A DNA stretch of 64,000 bases. It comes from an uncultured Alphaproteobacteria bacterium (GTDB taxonomy: Bacteria; Pseudomonadota; Alphaproteobacteria; HIMB59). Below the pieces are notes generated by a model that ran no database searches, was not told the origin of the DNA, and was given only the letters and a program-made list of their open reading frames with translations. Position numbers and translations under genes: made by a program. Location: contig CACDXE010000003.1 of NCBI GenBank assembly GCA_902556735.1, positions 83,817 through 147,816 on the forward strand, written 5' to 3'. Shown piece after piece: positions 59,558-64,000 of the stretch. Positions within the stretch are counted from its first letter, which is position 1. Every line of letters starts with the position of its first letter.

Positions 59558-60070
59558 TTAGTTTTCTCTTTTACTAATTACAGAATTTATCTCTATGCTT
59601 CTTCTGGCAGACACTGATTTTGGTGTATTGATACTTTTTAAAGCTTTAATTGTTGATCGAACAATGTTGTGTGGATTTTTTGTTCCGATAGCTTTAGATA
59701 CAACATCCGAAATGCCCAATGCCTCAAAAATAGCTCTAGATGGGCCGCCAGAGATTATACCTGTTCCTTTTGGAGCAGATCTTAAAATTACTGTGCTTGA
59801 GGAAAATTTAGCTTTTACATCATGGTGAATAGTCCTACCCTCTCTTAAAGGAATTCTAACCATTGTTTTTTTGGCTTCTTCAGAAGCTTTTCTGATTGCT
59901 TCAGGTACTTCTTTAGCTTTTCCTGATCCAAAACCAACTCTACCTTGTCCATCACCACTTACAACTAGGGCAGCAAAACCAAATCTTCTTCCACCTTTAA
60001 CAACTTTAGATACTCTTCTAACTGAAATAAGCTTTTCTATTAATTCTTTATTTGTATTATTTTCTAACAT
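59558..60070 (-). CDS. rpsE: 30S ribosomal protein S5
   Basis: [19 protein letters not shown]. Confidence 0.97.
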   Translation of the reverse strand: MLENNTNKELIEKLISVRRVSKVVKGGRRFGFAALVVSGDGQGRVGFGSGKAKEVPEAIRKASEEAKKTMVRIPLREGRTIHHDVKAKFSSSTVILRSAPKGTGIISGGPSRAIFEALGISDVVSKAIGTKNPHNIVRSTIKALKSINTPKSVSARRSIEINSVISKREN

Positions 60071-60417
60071 TAAAACGATAAACCCTTTTCTCTTGCTGCA
60101 TCAGCTAATACTTTAAGCCTTCCATGATACTTATATGACCCTTTATCAAATTTTACTTCTTTAATACCTTTTTCTATAGCAAGTTCAGCAATTTTTGAGC
60201 CAACGATTTTAGCTACATCAACTTTTTTTTGTCCCTCAGCTTTCTCTAATTTAACTGAAGAAAATGAGCATAATGTTTTATCATTACTCTCGGATAATAC
60301 TGAAGCATAAATATGTTTAGAAGATCTAAAAACTAAGAGTTTGTGTTTTTTTATATTGTTCAATTTTTTTCTAACTCTTAATTTTCTACGAACAGCTCTA
60401 GTTTTACCTTTGTTCAT
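60070..60417 (-). CDS. rplR: 50S ribosomal protein L18
   Basis: [22 protein letters not shown]. Confidence 0.96.
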   Translation of the reverse strand: MNKGKTRAVRRKLRVRKKLNNIKKHKLLVFRSSKHIYASVLSESNDKTLCSFSSVKLEKAEGQKKVDVAKIVGSKIAELAIEKGIKEVKFDKGSYKYHGRLKVLADAAREKGLSF

Positions 60418-60932
60418 TATTTTTTCTTACCTTCTTTTCTATAAATTCTTTCACCTTCATATCGAACACCCTTACCTTTATAAGGCTCTGGCTTTCTAAA
60501 TGATTTGATTTCGGCTGCAACTTGACCAACTAATTGTTTACTTGTGCCAGTAACTACCACAATATTTTTTTCAACTTTTATAGAAATACCCTCAGGAATT
60601 TCAAAGTTGATATCGTGACTAAAACCGAGTGATAAGACGAGCTTTTTTCCAGAAACATTAGCTTTGTATCCAGTTCCAATTAGTTCAAGTCTTTTTTCGA
60701 ATCCTTTTGAATTACCGATAATTTCATTCTTAACATTTGCATAAATAGTTCCAAGAAGTGCTTTATTTTCTCCAGAGAAATGTAAAAGATTATCTTTATG
60801 GTCAACTTTAATTCCAACAGGAAGTACAGTTGATGATTTTCCCAACTTACCTTCAAAATTAATTTCGTTATCATTCATAGAAACTTTTATATCTTCAGGA
60901 ATATTAATTGGATTTCTTGCTAATCTTGACAT
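60417..60932 (-). CDS. rplF: 50S ribosomal protein L6
   Basis: LSLGFSH, PEPYKGKGVRY. Confidence 0.97.
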   Translation of the reverse strand: MSRLARNPINIPEDIKVSMNDNEINFEGKLGKSSTVLPVGIKVDHKDNLLHFSGENKALLGTIYANVKNEIIGNSKGFEKRLELIGTGYKANVSGKKLVLSLGFSHDINFEIPEGISIKVEKNIVVVTGTSKQLVGQVAAEIKSFRKPEPYKGKGVRYEGERIYRKEGKKK

Positions 60933-60935
60933 ATT

Positions 60936-61322
60936 TTAGAAAACGCTTATTAGCACTTCCCCTCCTACTTTTTTTTCCCTTGCATCTGAGTCAGACATAA
61001 CACCCATTGAGGTTGATAATATTGTAGTACCTAAACCTCCAATAGTCTTAGGAATTTCTTCTACAGAACTATAAACTCTACATCCTTGTTTTGTAATCTT
61101 TTCGATTTTATTAATTAACGGTGAGCCTTTGTAGTATTTAAGTGTAATCGAAATATCTTTCTTTGCATCACCTAAAATTTCAAAATTTTCAATATATCCC
61201 TCTTTTTTTAACACATCACAAACATTAACATTTAATTTTGAAAATATCGCTTTAACTGAAACTTTGTTGGCTTTTTGGCCATTTCTTATTCTAGTAATCA
61301 TATCTGCTAGAGTGTCACTCAT
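60936..61322 (-). CDS. rpsH: 30S ribosomal protein S8
   Basis: ADMITRIRN, STSMGVM, GGEV. Confidence 0.97.
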   Translation of the reverse strand: MSDTLADMITRIRNGQKANKVSVKAIFSKLNVNVCDVLKKEGYIENFEILGDAKKDISITLKYYKGSPLINKIEKITKQGCRVYSSVEEIPKTIGGLGTTILSTSMGVMSDSDAREKKVGGEVLISVF

Positions 61323-61323
61323 A

Positions 61324-61629
61324 CTACCAACTCGCTTTCGTTAAACCTGGTATTTGACCCTTACCAGCCATATCTCTGATAGCTATTCTAGATAAATTAA
61401 ATTTACTATAAACACCGCGAGGCCTACCAGATAGGAAACATCTGTTTCGGTATCTTATTCTTGATGAATTTCTTGGTAATGACTCAAGTTTCATTTGTAT
61501 CTTTACTCTTTCTTCAAATGGTAAATCTTTATTAGATAAGAGACTTTTTAATTTTTTCCTTTTTTCACTAAGTCTGTCGATCAGTATTTTTCTATTAATA
61601 TTTTTTTGTATTGCGCTTTGTTTTGCCAT
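61324..61629 (-). CDS. rpsN: 30S ribosomal protein S14
   Basis: [25 protein letters not shown]. Confidence 0.97.
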   Translation of the reverse strand: MAKQSAIQKNINRKILIDRLSEKRKKLKSLLSNKDLPFEERVKIQMKLESLPRNSSRIRYRNRCFLSGRPRGVYSKFNLSRIAIRDMAGKGQIPGLTKASW

Positions 61630-61631
61630 GG

Positions 61632-62168
61632 TTAATTCAGAAATGGAAAGTTCATTAATTTTAAAAGTTCATACCCCTCTTTGTCATTATTTGCAGAAGT
61701 GGCAATAGTGATATCAAAACCGAAGATATTTTCAACATTTTCAACACTAATTTCAGGAAAAATTATATGATCTTTAATACCTATGGTAATATTACCATGG
61801 CCATCAAATGACTTTTTGTTATAACCTCTGAAGTCTTTAATACGAGGCATAGCAATATTTACAAGTCTATCATAAAACTCCATCATTATATTTTTTCTGA
61901 GAGTAACAGAAAGCCCTACTGGCATTCCTTTTCTAACTTTAAAAGAGGCAATAGCTTTTTTTGACATTCTAACGACTGGTGATTGACCAGTTATAAGAGA
62001 TAAATCTTTTTTTATTTTTTCAATAGCTTTGTTATCCTCTTTAATAGCTCCGATACCTGCGTTGATTACTATTTTTGATATTTTTGGTACAGCAAGCTTA
62101 TGAGATATTTCTAGATTTTTGGCTAACTGTTCAGAGACATTGAAAAGTTCTTGAATTGAATTTGTCAT
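61632..62168 (-). CDS. rplE: 50S ribosomal protein L5
   Basis: [24 protein letters not shown]. Confidence 0.97.
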   Translation of the reverse strand: MTNSIQELFNVSEQLAKNLEISHKLAVPKISKIVINAGIGAIKEDNKAIEKIKKDLSLITGQSPVVRMSKKAIASFKVRKGMPVGLSVTLRKNIMMEFYDRLVNIAMPRIKDFRGYNKKSFDGHGNITIGIKDHIIFPEISVENVENIFGFDITIATSANNDKEGYELLKLMNFPFLN

Positions 62169-62476
62169 TAGTATTTATCTCCTGATGATTTTAAAATTCT
62201 AATTTTTTTTCCACTTTCAATTTTGAAACCTACTTTGGAAGATTTTTTTGACTTCGAGTCATAAGCCAAAATATTTGAAATATGAATTGGCATTTCTTTG
62301 TCAACAATACCACCTTTAGACTCTTGAGATGGCTTTTGATGTTTTTTACTTACGTTAATACCAGATATCACAACTTTATCAGAAGAGTTTATGATTTTTG
62401 AAATCTTTCCAATCTTACCTTTGTCTTTACCGACTCTCACGATAACTTCGTCACCTTTTTTGTATTTTTTAATCAT
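62168..62476 (-). CDS. rplX: 50S ribosomal protein L24
   Basis: GKDKGKIG, KKHQKP, IHISN. Confidence 0.97.
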   Translation of the reverse strand: MIKKYKKGDEVIVRVGKDKGKIGKISKIINSSDKVVISGINVSKKHQKPSQESKGGIVDKEMPIHISNILAYDSKSKKSSKVGFKIESGKKIRILKSSGDKY

Positions 62477-62844
62477 TATAATACCTCAGGAGCTAAGCTA
62501 ACTATTTTCATCATATTTCTTTTTCTAAGCTCTCTTGTAACGGGTCCAAAAATTCTTGTTCCAATTGGTTCATTTTGTTTATCTAAAAGAACAGCTGCGT
62601 TAGAGTCAAATTTAATTGATGTACCGTCTTCCCTAATTAAAGGCTTTTTTGTTCTTACTATTATTGCTCTTTGAACTTCGCCCTTTTTCACTTTAGATCT
62701 TGGAATAGCATCTTTGACTGAAACAACAATAATGTCTCCTATTCTTGCATATCTTCTTTTTGATCCACCGATAACTTTTATGCAGCTTATTAATCGTGCT
62801 CCAGAATTATCTGCTACTTGTAAATTTGACTCTGCTTGTATCAT
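62476..62844 (-). CDS. rplN: 50S ribosomal protein L14
   Basis: [22 protein letters not shown]. Confidence 0.98.
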   Translation of the reverse strand: MIQAESNLQVADNSGARLISCIKVIGGSKRRYARIGDIIVVSVKDAIPRSKVKKGEVQRAIIVRTKKPLIREDGTSIKFDSNAAVLLDKQNEPIGTRIFGPVTRELRKRNMMKIVSLAPEVL

Positions 62845-63071
62845 TATTTAATAACTTCCCATGATTTATTTTTAGAAATAGGTCTAGTTTCTTGAATTCT
62901 TACAGAGTCTCCGACAATAATTTTATTGTCACTGTCATGAGCAAGATACTTTTTTGAGACTCTTATTATTTTTTTATAAACAGGATGGGTAGTCTGTCTT
63001 GTTACCAAAACAGATATGGTTTTATCACCAGATTTTTTTACAACTTTTCCAGTTAAAATACGTTTAGGCAT
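62844..63071 (-). CDS. rpsQ: 30S ribosomal protein S17
   Basis: DKTI.V, HPVYKK, ETRPISK. Confidence 0.97.
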   Translation of the reverse strand: MPKRILTGKVVKKSGDKTISVLVTRQTTHPVYKKIIRVSKKYLAHDSDNKIIVGDSVRIQETRPISKNKSWEVIK

Positions 63072-63219
63072 TTTTATTTAGCCTTTCTTTTGTTAATAGT
63101 GATGCGATTTGCTTTTTAACTTTTTTAAATTGAGAGGTATCTGTGAGTTGACCGCTTTTCTTCATAATTTTAAGGTTAAATAACTCTTTTTTTAAACTAT
63201 TTATATCTTTATAAGCCAT
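63064..63219 (-). CDS. rpmC: 50S ribosomal protein L29, short 51-aa form
   Basis: Not in the ORF track. [51 protein letters not shown], lying between rplP and rpsQ. Confidence 0.92.
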   Translation of the reverse strand: MAYKDINSLKKELFNLKIMKKSGQLTDTSQFKKVKKQIASLLTKERLNKNA

Positions 63220-63632
63220 TAAAATTGATCCAATGATACGAATGTTGTTTTTACAGGTAATTTAGCAGATGCTAGTTCAAAAGCTTTTTTTGCCAAATGC
63301 TTGTCAACACCATCGACCTCAAACATTATAGTTCCTGGTTTTACTCTGCAGACCCATCTATCGATTGCGCCTTTTCCTTTACCCATTCTAACTTCTGCAG
63401 GTTTCGCTGTGACTGGTACGTCTGGGAAAACTCTAATCCAAAGTCTTCCAGCTCTTTTTAAAAATCTAGTAATAGCTCTTCTAGATGCCTCAATTTGCCT
63501 TGCTGTTACTCTTTCAGCATCTAATGATTTAAGTCCATAATAACCAAATGTTAGTTCATAGTTACCTTTGGCACTACCGTGTATTCTTCCTTTGTGCTGT
63601 TTTCTATATTTTGTATTCTTCGGTAATAACAT
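63219..63632 (-). CDS. rplP: 50S ribosomal protein L16
   Basis: [23 protein letters not shown]. Confidence 0.98.
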   Translation of the reverse strand: MLLPKNTKYRKQHKGRIHGSAKGNYELTFGYYGLKSLDAERVTARQIEASRRAITRFLKRAGRLWIRVFPDVPVTAKPAEVRMGKGKGAIDRWVCRVKPGTIMFEVDGVDKHLAKKAFELASAKLPVKTTFVSLDQF

Positions 63633-64000
63633 TAATTGGTTTTCTCTTTTTTATCATCTGATCTATTTGTTGTATTTTTACTCTCGCCTTTATAAAGCCA
63701 AACCTTAATTCCAATAATTCCATAAGTAGTTAAAGCTCGAGCAGTAGCGTAATCTATATCAGCTCTAAGGGTATGTAAAGGTACACTTCCCTCAGAAAAC
63801 TTTTCTGATCTTGCAATTTCAGCGCCACCCAGTCTACCGCCACATACAATTTTAATGCCCTTTGCACCAAGTTTAATTGCCGATAAACCTGATTTTTTCA
63901 TCGCTTTTCTAAAAGCAACTCTCTTTTCAAGTTGTCTCGCAATAGAGTCTGCTACTAATGATGCGTCTGTTTCAGGTTTTTTTATTTCTTTTATATCCAA
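63632..64000 (-). CDS. rpsC: 30S ribosomal protein S3, 5' part outside the window
   Basis: [31 protein letters not shown]. Confidence 0.97.
   Translation of the reverse strand: MDIKEIKKPETDASLVADSIARQLEKRVAFRKAMKKSGLSAIKLGAKGIKIVCGGRLGGAEIARSEKFSEGSVPLHTLRADIDYATARALTTYGIIGIKVWLYKGESKNTTNRSDDKKEKTN

Noticed and set aside
61324-61629. Zinc-free S14
   Set aside because: The 101-aa C-minus form is standard in proteobacteria.
2661-63540. Many 60-120 aa shadow ORFs in the track (e.g. 2661, 6675, 8070, 8405, 9244, 12060, 15232, 16946, 18918, 19432, 21578, 28817, 29184, 33872, 36645, 37784, 38271, 42141, 49967, 55328, 56721, 57464, 58783, 59595, 59871, 60680, 63301)
   Set aside because: They are antisense or off-frame overlaps of well-supported genes and carry no motifs.
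1-64000. CRISPR arrays, tandem repeats, IS elements, prophage or defence genes
   Set aside because: None recognised by eye. Apparent repeats are poly-A/T runs expected at this base composition.

Overview
A very AT-rich, tightly packed stretch of an alphaproteobacterial chromosome. Gene order (argS-dgt-erpA-xth-ilvD, prfB-PBP1A-rne, NDUFA12-mlaD-DUF2155, mgtE-tRNA-Leu-lipB, no rpsD in the alpha operon), the GTTC-N7-GTTC SOS box and the tiny intergenic spacers point to a streamlined marine lineage (Pelagibacterales/HIMB59-like; this is inference). Housekeeping blocks occupy 1-10 kb and 38-64 kb (including the S10/spc/alpha ribosomal cluster). Between them, 10-38 kb is accessory metabolism: a butyrobetaine/carnitine pair; a MocD-like desaturase plus divergent PanB-like enzyme plus DUF1800/DUF1501 operon; a seven-gene GTP-derived cofactor/metabolite cluster next to tRNA-Cys (creatininase, Zn-ADH-like, PTPS-IV-like, GT4, SAM methyltransferase-like, RibD-like, RibA); TrpB2; and umuDC. 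There are three tRNAs (Cys, Asn, Leu). Reading the DNA directly gave five things the ORF track misses or truncates: nagZ, a 48-aa membrane ORF in the ftsN position between argS and nagZ, a 33-aa membrane peptide, a shortened L29, and the frameshifted N-terminus of prfB. rpmD (L30) is absent from the spc operon. I saw no CRISPR array, transposase or integrase.
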